From: Phoronis australis
Lineage: Eukaryota > Animalia > Phoronida
DNA length: 64,000 bases
Direction of reading: 5' to 3'
NCBI GenBank assembly: GCA_002633005.1
Contig: NMRA01000786.1
Location: 80,981-144,980, forward strand
Shown: positions 40,995 through 54,475 of the stretch, one piece after another
How positions within the stretch are numbered: the first letter of the stretch is position 1
Layout: the number at the start of each line of letters is the position of its first letter
Made by a program: the position numbers and the translations under genes
Notes under the pieces: generated by a model
The model's database searches: none
What the model was told of the DNA's origin: nothing
What the model saw: the letters and a program-made list of their open reading frames with translations, nothing else

Positions 40995-43900
40995 TACATA
41001 CTTAGCTGTGAATTTCTTAGCATTAGATGTCAAACTGGAACTATTGGGTTTGTGTAAGTAAACTAGCTGTTCTGCTTCATAACCAGGGGACTTATTCAAC
41101 CTCTGTGAGATTTTCTCATTCTGAGATTTTTGTTGGTTGGCCTGTAGATCCAACATGAATTTGGAAACAGACTGGAAGCGATCCTTCAGTTGTTAGATAT
41201 AGTCTTTCTGACAGCTAAATAGACCTAAGAGAGGTTGGAAGTTTAAACCACTGAAATCACGGGGTTCTCTGTAAAACACAAGGTAGAATGGTGAGTGATC
41301 CTCTAATTGTGGCGAGGAAAATGTATTAAATGAATATTGGGCAACACCCAACCATCCCTATATTGATCGAGATTCAGTTTGATCAAGTCCGTGATGGAAT
41401 GAATCTGACGCTCAACATGTAATGAACCATGGTTTAATACAGACACAACTTTGTGGCCGATTTTCAATGCGCTGCATAGAATGTCCATCACTTTGCCAAT
41501 CAGCGACGACTGCGCATCAGTAACCAAAACTTCAGGAATCCCAAAACAGCAAATAACGCATTGAATAAGTGCCTTACAGATAGATGGCGCGTCAAGCGTT
41601 TTCAAAGGAACACAAACGGTGTATCTAGTAATGGCACAAGTAGTAACCATTAACCATAAGTACCCTGACTTCGACTAGACCATTTTCTTAAAATCCAAGA
41701 ATATTGTCTGGAAGGGACAATACAATACAGGTATACGTTCATGAAAAGGTCTTAGAATATCAGTCTTACCCTTGAATTTTGGCACCGTGCACAAGACTGG
41801 ACATAGGACACAATGCGTTGATACATGTTGGGGAAATAGAACAGTTTTCGCATCGTGAGATAAGTTCTCACACAACTCTGATGATTACTCAAAAGTGAAT
41901 CATGGTACTTCGATATCAATGGGTCTATGAACTTTTCAGGGATCACAAGCTGCAGACAAAAACGATCCTGGCCATTTGGGAAGAGCAACCTAAAAAGTAG
42001 GCCATCACACAAGTACTGTTCTGATCTAAGCGTGATAGATGGAGCAGCTTTTTTTGTCACTGGGAAAGATATTGTGCGCTAAACAATCGTAAATAGGCTT
42101 AAAATGTGGCGAAGCCATTTGGGCCAAACGGAACTGTTGAGCCTTAAAAGGAAGTTTGTAGTCACGAAGTATCTTCCGTTTAATAATCTTGAAAACTATG
42201 TTAAGGTCACGTTGGTTTGGAATATGTTGCGCAGTCATGTCATCGGTATCGGACACCAAAGGTTTTGGCTTTTGTAGAAACTCTGGAACTTTGTAGAACA
42301 CGTTCTAAGTGTTTCATATGTGTCCCTTCATCCTGTGAGAAAATAATGCAATCATCATGAATCGCAACACAAAAAGTATCATGTCCTGGAATAGTAGCCA
42401 AAATTTCATTCATTTGTTGTTGCCATCTTGCTGGTGACATGTTCAAGCCCATAGAAAGGCGTAAATACTGATACATGGATGAACCAGGGTACGGACATAT
42501 ACCAGTGTATTTCTGAGAATCCTCAGACAGTGGTAAAGTATGAAAGGCGCTCTTTAGATCAATAACAGACAGCACACGACTGTTGGAGGGTCCTAGCCGC
42601 GCTAAGACATTCTGTAAGTTCATGTAATTTTGCTGAGCTGTAAGGACTCTTTTGTTTAAGTATCTGAAGTCAGACACAAATCTATAATCATGTGAGTCGG
42701 GTTTTCGTATGAGCATACATGGTGAACTGTAAGCTGAATAACCTTTCTTCAGTATTCCCAGCCTGACAAGTTTGGTTAGTTCCCTGTCCATAACAGGTTT
42801 GAGATTATCCGGTATGTTATATGGTTTGATGCAGAATGGAGTGCAGTCTTTCAACTCTATGCTAACTTTGATGTTGGGACAATGCCCTACCTCCCGATAC
42901 AAACTAAAAGCATCAGTATGCCTGTCTAACATATTTCGAACTTTAGTCTTACCATCGTTATTCAATATACACTCATCTGTATCTAGCTGAATTGAGTTTC
43001 TCAATACCTGAATAGGCGACTGCTTACTAAGAGAGTCTGTTTTCTCCACATGGGGGTATTTGGTCAACACCTCATACTGGATGTCAGTTTCGCATTCCTA
43101 TATGGAAATGAAAGCCTGCAAGGTGTGTTGGTCAATTGCATGGGACACATACGCCAACTTACTCAAATCTGTAAAGCCAATACATTTGTTAGCACGAATA
43201 TGTAAAACACGACAAGACGTACATGTATTAGTTATGGGAACAGTACAGCTGCTGCGTCTGAGCTTGACAATCATGTGGTCAGGACAATACTCTTGTAGAT
43301 TAGGAGAGGTGTGGAAGAGAGCATCTGAATTTTTAACGATTTGTGGTACTTTGCCCCTAACGGTAATGTACAGACTACCACCAGGTGGAATAACCTCATT
43401 TCTTACGGGTCGAAACCAAACCTTGCGAGGTTTTACTCTGACGATATGTGTCTGGAAGTCCATCGTTGACCGTAGTGCGCCTAAAGAGGAGTCACCTATC
43501 AAGAGATCAGGGCCTGCTAGGTTACTAACGATGCACGCATCTATCTGAAAACTATGACCCTGTATGCTTACTGTGAAAACAATTCTCCTAGTAGAAAGAT
43601 ACCAAATAATCACCAGTGCCAACCTTAAACCTACGTTCAACCGTCTTAACTTGAGGTAACCGAGACAAACACTTAGATATAGCAATACAATATTCTGACA
43701 CAATACTTCGGGTAGGTCCCGAATCAAATAAAATCAGTAAGTGTTCCCTATCTCCAACAGTCCCTTTTGCAAAGTGACGACTTGTTAACTGAATATTACA
43801 TGAGTTCTTGCCGAAAAACTCCGAACAATCCTCGTCGGCAACGGGCAATTCACTTGGTCCGGATGAATCACCCATTAACGAAAATTTGTCGGCGAATATA

Positions 43901-44758
43901 GCAGTTGAACTCCATAACATTTCTTCCATGTGTGTCCGAACTTTCCACAATGGTAACACTGAATGCCGGACTGCTGCTGGTTACTCGGCTTATAATTCTG
44001 ACTGGGCTCACTGCGATGTCTCAGTTGGTTCGGCCTGGAGTCGTCACCTCTACGACGTGGCGATTGAGACTGTTCACGTCGGTGATACCCATGGTGCGGC
44101 AATCGAGACTGACGGTGCCCACGGTTTGGCGATCGAAATTCACCACGGTGTGGCTGACTAGAATGATCAGAAGTACTCTGAGTGGCCATAACGACATCGG
44201 AAAATGTCACTTCCTGATTGGAATGTACATCCATGGAACGCTGTGCCAATGTGGCGACTGTCTTAGCATCCACGTCTGGTGGTGCTGTCATGACCACAGC
44301 CCTCTGGCATTCCAACGGAAATGAGTAAAGAAGTTTCGTCTTAATATGTTGATCACTGTAGCCAATGCGAAGGGCTGCCGAGCGTAGCTTCTGTAAACAA
44401 TACATGTACACTTGAACGTTCATACCTTTGTTAAACTTCATGTCATTATAGTGCTTGATCATGGCGTATTCGGATCGATTCTCACAAAATCGTTCGAAGA
44501 ACTGTTTTTCCAAGTCTTTCTTCGAAGTAATCGTCATGCTTTGCGCCCACAAACGGGCTTGTCCCGCTAGAGACAAACGGAAGCGGAGGCAAATGTCCGA
44601 AAGAAGATCTTCCGTCTCTGTTTTGCTCAACAAACCATGAATCTGCAAGTAGTCTTGGAACTGTACCTAATGTGTTTGCACATTCTCAAACGAGCCATTG
44701 TCTCCCGTAAACTTTGGTTCCGGTATGAACTCCGACGCTTTCAGTTTTCCTTCTTCCA

Positions 44759-44776
44759 TGCCCGGTTTCTCCACCA
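44759..44776 (-). promoter_or_regulatory. Primer-binding site, tRNA-Ala-like
   Basis: TGGTGGAGAAACCGGGCA immediately follows the 5' LTR and resembles the complement of the tRNA-Ala 3' end (TGGTGGAG...). Confidence 0.7.
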
Positions 44777-45087
44777 GGTAACGTTGCTCCGGGCGTATCA
44801 TCCAATCCACCCGACCATGCGACAACGATAGATTCACAATTCTTGCCACCATTTAATGTGTAATATTTTATGTTCTATCAACACTACAAAAGGTACCCGC
44901 TCATCCAAAACCTTTGACTACAAACAGATTGCATCCAGCGCCATCTGTTTGTCGTAAAGGTTTTGGATGAGCGGGTACCTTTTGCTATTATGACTGACCC
45001 GCCAAAAATCCCACAACTCCCTGCGTGACTTGGGGAGATAACCTTCATAACAGCCCTGCATTACCAAGGGAGATAACCCTCATAACA
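44777..45087 (-). repeat. 5' LTR of the Gypsy element (contains a foldback insertion)
   Basis: Matches 36750-36949 apart from a ~125-bp insert and small indels. Confidence 0.9.
44861..44985. mobile_element. Small foldback/MITE insertion in the 5' LTR
   Basis: Absent from the other LTR. 44887-44984 is a near-perfect palindrome: caaaaggtacccgctcatccaaaaccttt ... aaaggttttggatgagcgggtaccttttg. Confidence 0.8.
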
Positions 45088-45091
45088 GTTG

Positions 45092-45710
45092 TTGCAACAA
45101 GATTACGCGAACGCTTCCTTAGACTTTTGACATGGCACTGCTTAAACCACAAGCTTGAGTTGGCAGTAAGGGATGCCGTGGCAGAGATGACTGGGTGTGG
45201 TCGTTTCAGAGTATTTATGGATAAACTCTATTCACGTTACAGCAGATCAAGCCGAGCTGAAAGCTGCAGCTGCTGATCTTGAGTGCCAGTTTGTTCGAAT
45301 ACATGTAGGTCGCGTGCTTGACGTTCGTTGGGTGGCAGTTTCAGAACGGTAAAGGCAATTAAGAGATCATTGAGCGCACTACATCAACATTTCAAGTTAG
45401 CCAGTGAAGACAGAATCCGTCATTCAAGTGATCGGAGTATGTTTTGGGGATTACTGCGATACTTGGAAAGTCCCACCTTCATTCAGAATCTTGCGCTGAC
45501 GCATGATGTGCAAGAAGAGTTCTCAAGCCTTTCTGTGGATCTACAATGCAGAACTACAACAATACTCCAAGCAGACAAGCTTATTCGTCGGACGGATCGC
45601 GTCCTCAAGTCTATGGTTGACAATCCCGGGTAGGCATTCGCCACTGCACTGACATGCGTTAAAGAGAAGAGGTTTGGGTCACTGGAACTGAAGGAAACCC
45701 TTAAAGGAAC
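45092..45710 (+). pseudogene. hAT transposase, 3' part
   Basis: ATRLRERF..LLTWHCLNHKLELAVRDAV (CxxH), FMDKLYS.YSRS, GRVLDVRWV.SFRTVKA and LALTHDVQEEFSSLSVDLQ. Rejoins the 5' part in frame as SGVAT once the Gypsy element is removed. Confidence 0.85.
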
Positions 45711-47029
45711 CATATGCCTGATCAGTATATTCAAAGTGTTGTTGTATTTGTACGCATGCAAATTCCGGGGAAATATTTTAGATTCCGTGTTTTTGCACTG
45801 CTGGGTAAGTGTTAGCAAACACTGGTAAAAACACTGAGCCTATAAAATTTCTTTTCCTCCCTCTAACAAAATTAAAAATTGGTGACTTTTCTCAGGGGGG
45901 TAACCCGGGGGATACTCTCATAGAGTAAGCCTGAGGGTACTACAGCTATTTTAATGATCAAGTGCATTACTTGATTTCTTAAAAGGTTGCTCCTAGTAAT
46001 CATTCTTTACACAAAAAATTCTGTCACATAAAATAGTCTCTTACTTGTGAAGTCAAAGTCTCCCTAATTCAAGAATCAACATCCCAGAATATCTGAGCTG
46101 CACAAGTATACCCCAACAATGGCACGTGGCAAGAGGTACAAGAATAGCACCCAGTTCGACCAATCGCGTAATACATGTAGGTGCAAGTCAACTGAGAAAA
46201 GAAAGAGAAAACCTGTGATTTGTAATGTAAAAACAGATACCAGGGGAGTCATATATTTAAAGTTACAGTTAGTAATGTATCTAATTTTGTGATGGAAAAA
46301 GTAATCAATTATTTAAATTAAATTTCAGCAAACTCTGTTTCTGATAAAATTTTAAAAATTTGTTAAAATAAATATTTTATTGGCGCGGAACTTATATATT
46401 TAGAAAACAGAGGTATATATTGTAAGTTTTTGTGAAGTTTTGAAATATATTTCCGTGATAATTGAAAATCAAAGCCAATTGAGGAAGAGATTATTTTTCC
46501 CTGCGAAGAGTCACGGCAACTGAAGGGAATTACTTCGGCCTTCAGTGTGTCCGCCGGGGGCAGCAAAATCAAGCACAGGGTCGCATGATTGCAATTGACG
46601 TGTGGAGCTCACTGTTTTGAGATAAAACATTTTTTGAAATATTGCCGTATTTTTCCAAGCAACAGCCGATAGAACTGATAAACCATCGCGTATTTTATAC
46701 TCCTTGACTACAGGCAGTATCTAGCTGTATCCCATATACCTAATAGAGGATCTTCATGAATTTTTGTAATTATGATCTCAGTGGTTATGAAATTGGCTAC
46801 TGCTGGCTCGTGGTGGCAATTTCTCTAACTAGATTTCTTTTGTTGAAATTTGGCCAAAACACTTTTATCCTGAAAACGATGACAGATGCACCATGTTTTC
46901 GAAAGATTCTAGCCTGTGCTGCCCCCCTCCCTCCCTGTGAAGTTTAGCATTTTGGGAACGTTCATATGTCTAACCTGCCCCCCACATGTCACCTGCTAAC
47001 TGATGCTGTGGTCTTGTAAAGTCCACGTT

Positions 47030-47320
47030 CAGGGGCGGATCCAGAATTTTGAGTCAGGGGGGCCAGGGCACAGGTTAACAAGAATTTCGCCACATGTGCG
47101 ACCAGCCTAAAGTGTAGGGATGCAGGGGTCTCGAATTTTTGGGTTGGTGGACCTTATTACCAAAAACAACGGTAAACGAGATTTCTTCAAGGCCTATGTA
47201 TTTTGCATTTGTCCCCCAAGCCCCCCTGTGTGCGTCCATATACTAGTCAGCAATTCGCATCCTGAACTGCCAAATGGTATCTGGGAGAATTTCAGTTGAC
47301 CCACTCTAAATCCGCCACTG
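47030..47320. mobile_element. MITE with 5-bp TSD (hAT5-like)
   Basis: caggggcggatcc ... aatccgccactg, flanked by ACGTT on both sides. Confidence 0.65.
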
Positions 47321-48775
47321 ACGTTATTATCTGACAACCATTACATATAATTCAAAAAGTCATTTCAATCTGAGTCTTGTCATATCTACAAGACGTTTCT
47401 TGTTTAATTGATTCCACGCAAAAGTGTTATTTCCCTTGTTGTCACATTCCCATGAACGATAAACGTGTCATCTCGTAAACGATGTCAGAGTCCTGGGCTT
47501 CAAACTTTTATGCTTTTTCTAGCTAAGAGTTACATTTAGCAAAGTACATGTGAAGTGATTTGAGTACTAATCAATACGTAAGCCAAAATTGTCCTAATGG
47601 CATTTTACCACAATAAGTAACTTAGCATCTATTCAAGAAATTGTCAACAATACAGGCAGTACCAATGTCGCATTAAGGTATTAAAATAGACATGCATAAT
47701 TGTTACCGTGCCGTCCGAGTATCATGACAAGCATGATAATTAAAACATTATGAAGCAGTGCGGTAGAAAGATTGGAGGGAGCAGCACACTTCATAATCCA
47801 AATTTTCCCTATTTCTGCAAATAAATTAAGATTTTTCACACTTATTAGCTTTGATATAGCTTGGAGTGGAAAGCAACTAGTTACAAAGCATGAATCAACA
47901 ACACAATTTATGCATAAAATGTAGAAAAATGTGTGCCCTTTTTGTGACACATAATATATTTAAATCATTGATTCTCTTTAATTATTCTTGCTTAAAGCCA
48001 TTTCAAATGTAATGAAGTTACAATGTGGAAGCATTGGCTTAAATAATACAGAATACGCAATATTGGGATATTTTTAAACAAAAAATGAAAAAATCCGTAC
48101 TAGAGATTTCTTAAATTTGTTCAAACGTCGAAGACCTATTCATAGACATATCTTTCAATGTCCAAAGCCCCGCAAACTGGCTTGAAGAAGCACTTGAGTG
48201 ACACCCACTTTCAACACTACAGTACTAAAAATTCTCTCCAGATTTATCTCCCTTCTAACATGATGGACGCGGGAAAATGATGGCGATCCTGGTGTACATG
48301 TATAACTTCCTAATCTCATTGTGTGTTCTCCCTCATTGCATGCGATCTACTTGCTTGGGATATTGGAAAATTCCTGTTTTCGGTATTCAAAAACGTGTAA
48401 TTTCCTTCGTAAACTTCTGAAGGCTTATAAATGAAAAGAGGTCAATACAACCAAAATTGGTGATTTTTGTATCAGAGCCACACCAAGATCAAAAACAAAA
48501 AGTTTAAGTTGCATCTGAAAGAAGTCCCTTTGAGTGATTTATATTGTGGTTTGTTTTTTTTTTTTTTTGATTTTGTCGTGGAGTGGCTCGTTATTTTAAT
48601 TAGTTCACGCTACCATAAGCTGAATTCATTTGTTCAGATTGAGCATTTATAGTTTCGACTTCCATGTCATCTTATAGGCAATGTTAGTATCAAATTATTG
48701 TGTGGGAAAGCTTGTATTGAAAATCTGTGGCATTAACATCCACGTGCATTAGAAAACCATGCAGTTAGTGTGCCT

Positions 48776-51700
48776 TTAGTAACCAGGTCCCTCTGGACCC
48801 ATTGCAATGTATCCACAATCTACAGGAATGTCAGCGCCGTCAATGTACATGGCGTCCTTACTGCACAGGAACGCAATCACAGACGCCACGCCGGCGCTCT
48901 CTATAAATGCTCGTGGCGTCATGAGACAATTGCCAAACTCCTTCTCGTACTCACTGCCGCGTTGAAGTTTTCCATTTATCACCTATAAAAGAAATCAGCC
49001 TTCGTTAAAAGGGTAGTAAGTTTGCGTGGAACTCTTGCCCAAAGCACGCTTTCTTATCTGTTACTGCTCAAAGCCATACAAAAAACAGCTTTTGAATTAT
49101 TTCCCTTACCGTAGTTCAATTGATCTCAAATTGTTCCCCATTCAAAGTACATGTGATTTCTGGACTTGGAACGAACTATCACATCTTCATTTTTTGATAC
49201 GACTGAGTTTATGTCACAGCGACATTTTACTACTGTACGTAACCAACACCAGCATTTTGCCAGCCGACTAGAGCGACATTTTTCGTGAAAATGTCACAGC
49301 ATGTTCATTGCTGAGCGTGGTCTCGAGCGTCAACCAACTGTCAGTTGTTTGAAAATTACTAAAATCACTTCTCACCTGCGTAAGGAACAAGTTCAGACTA
49401 ATCTTACAGAGATACGGTTAAATCGAAGTTAGTTTCGTCGTCGGAAAGCAGATTTAAAGCCACTTTTGGAATTAGTGCCTTCGCTAAGAGATACAGTACA
49501 TATAAACGTCCAAAGAAAATGCTTAAGTGGTACAGAATTGCGTTCTGTAGGCTCAAATTTTTGCATTTGCGGCAAGACTATATGCAATGGAAGTAGTTTA
49601 TTTTCACCCCATCATTCATGACGTAATATGAGTTATAATCCATGAATTCTATCCCATAATTCAACATTACATCCTCACCAACCAATCTCTTCAGAGGTTC
49701 CCATTTTGCTAGGTCTCGAGCATACTCGCGAAACAATGGCCTTTCACTATCGTGATTTTGCGAGGTCTTGCGGGTTCTCAATTTTTTCGCAAGACAGTTG
49801 ATTTATGGAAAGAAGCCCGGCACATTTCCCTTTTTGTGATGTCATTCTCAGAAAGACCGTGATAGAGGGTCTTTCTCAATCGATTACAGACACGAGTTTG
49901 ACCACATGTATTCTGTTTGTGTACCAGTTGAGTGCTTTGGAAAGAGGCTACAGGACTACTTGAGAGCTCCAAAAATACATGTAAGCTTAAAACACGCGTT
50001 GCTGAACAGATGCTGCATGGTCTAAAGAGGTAACTGCATTTTATCGTATCTAGTTTTTAACTATCTAATTTTGCCTTCACACAAGTCATTAACGTCCATG
50101 TACCTACCAACATCTCACCTGACTCGGTGTCCACACTGCCCCTGGTGACACACTGTTGACCCGCACTCCGTGAGAGGACAAGTCCAATGCCATGCATTTT
50201 GTTAGCATCAATAGGGCTCCTTTACCAGCGCTATAACCGGCCTGGTGAAGAGCAGCACAATGGCCGCGGACACTCCCGACACTCACCACAGCACAATCGC
50301 TTTTGTCTACGAAAAGAGTTGTAAATGATTGTCACTCAACCTAAGGCTAACTACTTGTGTCGAAAAAATGAACATCACAGAAACCAGATTGGATGCCTGG
50401 TCTGCCGTCTGAAACAACCACACACGAGAACGCTTGCCAACCACTTTACATCAGACCGTCGGATCTGAATTACACCGTTATCTAGAACGTACGTACTTTT
50501 AAACGCAAGTTCTTATGTGCGCTCCCACCCCTGGCAGTGGCGGATTTACCGTGGGTTGAGAGGGTTTAAACCCCCTTTGGGACAGGATCAAAAAATAAAA
50601 ATTAAGAATCCAAAACATCTCCAGCAAAATGAAAACGGCACCGCCAGCGTGGGTAAACCTCAAGTAAACCACCTCGAAAAAATGATGGAAGATTCACCCT
50701 GAAAATATAATTTCTTTGCATTGTGATTTACTGTAATTACGAAAAGCAACGCATTTCAACTTTTCGTAACTCATAGGCAAGTCAATTGTGCGCGCGCATC
50801 CGTCAACTCTTATTTTACTCTAAAATATGTTTTGATTTGATTAGGGATTATACTGTGGTACCGCAACCCTGATATTCAGGTGAATCGACGTGCAACGTTT
50901 TTACCGCCTCTGCCATGCCTTGTCATGCCATTACACTCCACATGTTTGTAACTTGAATTTGACTGTTTTNCCAGCGTGGGTAAACCTCAAGTAAACCACC
51001 TCGAAAAAATGATCGGAGATTCACCCTGAAAATATAATTTCTTTGCATTGTGATTTACTGTAATCACGAAAAGCAACGCATTTCAACTCTTCGTAACTCA
51101 TCGGCAAGTCAATTGTGCGCGCGCATCCGTCGACTCTTATTTTACTCTAAAATATGTTTTGATTTGATTAGGGATTATACTGTGGTACCGCAACCCTGAT
51201 ATGAATCGACGTGCAACGTTTTTACCTCCTCTGTCATGCTTTGTCATGCTATTACACTCCACATGTTTGTAAGTTGAATTTGACTGTTTTATAATAAAGT
51301 TATGTTGCGCAATAATCATTTAGTGTACAGTGTACGCGTAATGTGTTTATTTTAAGAAACGATCAATTCCTTTTCCGAAGAATTGATTGGCCCTAGTATG
51401 GACCGTTGAGGCGGGTGCTGTGGTTTGGTAGCGAGTCCGTCTCAGGATACACCGTAGCAAGTTAGGCCTATTCAAGGAATCAACCCGGGGGAGGCACACA
51501 CATTGGCAAGGTGACTGCCTCCTAATGATCCCTGGTTCCAACCTCAGCAATGACAGTCTTCTTAACCGAAATAAGCACCAATGCCGTCTTCTACTGTATA
51601 ATGGGAATTTTCGCAAAAAGGCCCACTCAATGAAACGCCCATGCCTATGTGCGTTCATTTGGTGTTACAACTTCGAGTTTCAAGTGCTCAGACGCTGGGA

Positions 51701-52752
51701 TGTATATTCGGAAAATTGCAAGATATGCAAATTACTCCTGGGATACATCGTCTTTGACAAAAGCGCAATGTTTGAAGTAGTCCATGGTGAATGAATTAAA
51801 TATAGATGCGCTTGTAACTCTTTTGAAAGGACTTGACAACCTCAGTTGGCTCAGTGCCAAGCTGCAAAACGAGATACTGATGTAGCGGCTTATAAGCTCA
51901 TTGACACAGCAGTTGACGAAGTGCAGGCATTGAAAATATACCTTTCATAAAAGGAAACCCGGCTTGTACCACGTTGAACACTCCAATAACGTTAACGTCC
52001 AATACTTTCTTGAACATTTCCGTTGACAATTCAAAGCAAGCTGGAAAGACAAATACCGTTTACGCAATTTGCCTGTAAATATTGATAACATTAGTCAAAT
52101 TACAACTTCCATTGCATTAGGAGAGGAGGTCCGTTAATATACATGTAAAAAGTAAAAAAAAAAAATTCAAAAGAGAAAAAACACAAGAAACTGCAACATT
52201 TGATTCCATATCATTCGCTATGGTGTGCAGTTTAATTACATGTGAATGCTACCAAGAAGACATTAGCAATGTCTTTCTGATATTTTTTACGTCTCGGTTG
52301 TATTCTGTGACTCTTATTTGTTTCAAACGTTACTTGCACGTACAGTACGACGAGAGAGGATTCCGCTATTCACCACACAAATGCTGCATCAGTGAAAGCT
52401 ATTACGCTTAAATTCTAATTCGAGCCCCCCGAGCCCCTCCCCCCTTGGGTGCACCCGCGCGTGTGTTTATGTATTTATGTCTATATTTATTTACCTATTT
52501 AGTAACTGATTTACTTATGTACTCCTGATTTTCTTTTGTCTTTCATCGGTTTTCATTTTGTTTGTCGTCCTTTTTTACTGACCATAATGGAAATAAGTCT
52601 TTGACTTTTTGTTTTCCATATCTTCCACTTGTACTTCTATTTTTTGTCTTGTGCTTTCATGTTACTGTTTTTTATCTCTGTACTCCTTGTGTGATTCTAA
52701 TAAATCATCATCATCATCATCCTCATCATCATCATCTTCATCATCCTCATCC

Positions 52753-52804
<52 letters not shown>

Positions 52805-53776
52805 TATTGTTATTATGTTGACACTTAAGACTGCCCTCCTTTAAATGAGCAATAAACAGATAAAAACTATACCGTACGTATATGTGCACTGTCCGGATAC
52901 ACAGCACAGCTCACAATAAAATGGATCATCCCGCCATTGTCGTCTGCCACTCTTGTCATCGCTTTCACGCACTGGTCTTTCTCTGCCACGTCAACTTCGT
53001 AAAACCTCGCTTTCATTCCTTGGGAAGCCATTTTTGTTTCCAGGCTTGTGCCCTCAGCTCTGTTGATGTCGAATATTGCTACCGATGCCCCATCGTTGCT
53101 GAAAAAGATGTCAGTGCCATAAAGTGAATAGAGTTAGGCGTAATACGCTTTTTGAAATATTAGGTATTCGGAAAAATCGTCTGTATGTCATTTAGAAAAT
53201 TGTGAAAAAATACAATTGTAATGATAATTATTATATGGCATGAATTAAGCCTGTTTGCCCGGGATTTGGTGTGATTTTGTATTCGCTTCGATTACAGTTT
53301 CGCAGCAAACAGATCGCACTTCCATCATTAAGCCATGTTGGCATCACAACTTTGCATTAAAATATTAACGGATATCTCGAACAAAAGTCTTAATGGACCC
53401 ATAGCAATATTTGAGGCGGAACGTGTCCTAAAATATAAAAACATTCCGGGCTCCGACGGTTTCACTACTTTCAGAAAATATATCCCTTTAATGTTTCTCG
53501 ATGACGCACTGTAGTAATGTTAGTATTTTTACTACGCTAGGCCTACTACTACTACTACCTAGCAATGTAGACCTACTGCCTGCTAAATCTGCTGACCCAC
53601 CTAGCAGTATAGGCACTGTCATTGGACGCTTACCAAAACCGTTCAACAGTAGCTCGCCCAATGCCTTGGGCGCCTCCAGTTACTACGACAACTTTCCCTT
53701 GAAATCGTCCCTTGGTTAAGGGCGCATCCAGGTCGGGTTGTTTGAATTTAGCATCATATTCCCTTGCAGCTTCCAT
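48776..53776 (-). CDS. Short-chain dehydrogenase/reductase (classical SDR), copy A, 5 exons, ~285 aa
   Basis: Exons 53776-53634, 53098-52878, 52040-51942, 50306-50119 and 48982-48776, with GT-AG introns in consistent phases. Motifs: TGGAQGIG, FDIN, VNVIG, VGS, YSAGK, VRVNSVSPG, IPVDCG. Confidence 0.9.
52705..52805. repeat. (CAT)n microsatellite in an SDR intron
   Basis: ~33 CAT units with a few CCT/CTT interruptions. Confidence 0.97.
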
Positions 53777-54114
53777 AACTTCTGTCTTGTGTCAGTATTG
53801 TTTCAACATCCCTATCTACGTGTACATTGCTGTTTGATATTTTCCTCAGGTTAATCTTAAATACACAGTACAGAAGGTCAGGCCCTGTATACGGGCCCAT
53901 GAAATCATATCACCGAGAAGAGCCTTTGCCACTGTCTAAAAGCCCCATACTCCGTAAAAACGTACCTCTCAAGGACAACGAATCCTTACCACGGAAATTA
54001 AATTATAACCAAACCCACGTAGGATATACAGGCTTACCACGAACAGATTTAGCTGTGTTAATTGCTGTCTCGAGGATTAAAGTCAAATTGGCATCGCTCT
54101 TATTTCGTTCAATT

Positions 54115-54475
54115 CAGTGGCGCATCCAGGGGGCAACTATTTATCTCGGGGAATCGCGGAAAGTACGACTGCGCGGCCACACCCAGCCTAAAATGTAGGG
54201 GGGCTCGAATTTCTGAGAATGTTCACGACTAAAATAAAAAACGGGTAACCGGTTGCGACGGCAGCGGCCTGCCGCTTGCAATAGGAACTGCCAGTCCCCC
54301 CACGCACACACGCACACACAAACTGAAACTGCACACTTTGTTAAGACTTGTTTCAGTCGCATGTTAATTACCGGGGTTAGTTAATGAACTCAATATGTCC
54401 TCACCTCTGACTGTTTTATTTTTTCCTGCAGCCACTATGAAGGGGGGGCCTGCAAGCACCCTAAATCCGCCTATG
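54115..54475. mobile_element. MITE with 5-bp TSD (hAT5-like)
   Basis: cagtggcgcatcc ... aaatccgcctatg, flanked by CAATT on both sides. Confidence 0.6.

Larger units (their letters stand above)
36750..45087 (-). mobile_element. Ty3/Gypsy LTR retrotransposon, full extent, decayed and interrupted
   Basis: LTRs at 36750-36949 and 44777-45087, TSD GGTG/GTTG. Order on the minus strand: gag (CYHCGKFGHTWKKC knuckle), protease (LFDSG), RT (DLKSAFH, IHDD), integrase (H..H/C..C zinc motif, FLDFK, VTDAQ, ER) and GPF motif. Confidence 0.93.

Noticed and set aside
43060-44324. Plus-strand ORFs of 117-162 aa
   Set aside because: Antisense shadows of Gypsy gag and protease.
50644-51290. ~320-bp direct duplication
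   Set aside because: The two slightly different copies are joined by a single N at 50970, typical of an uncollapsed allelic contig overlap.
52562-52907. Poly-His, poly-Ser and poly-Asp ORFs
   Set aside because: These are translations of the intronic (CAT)n microsatellite.
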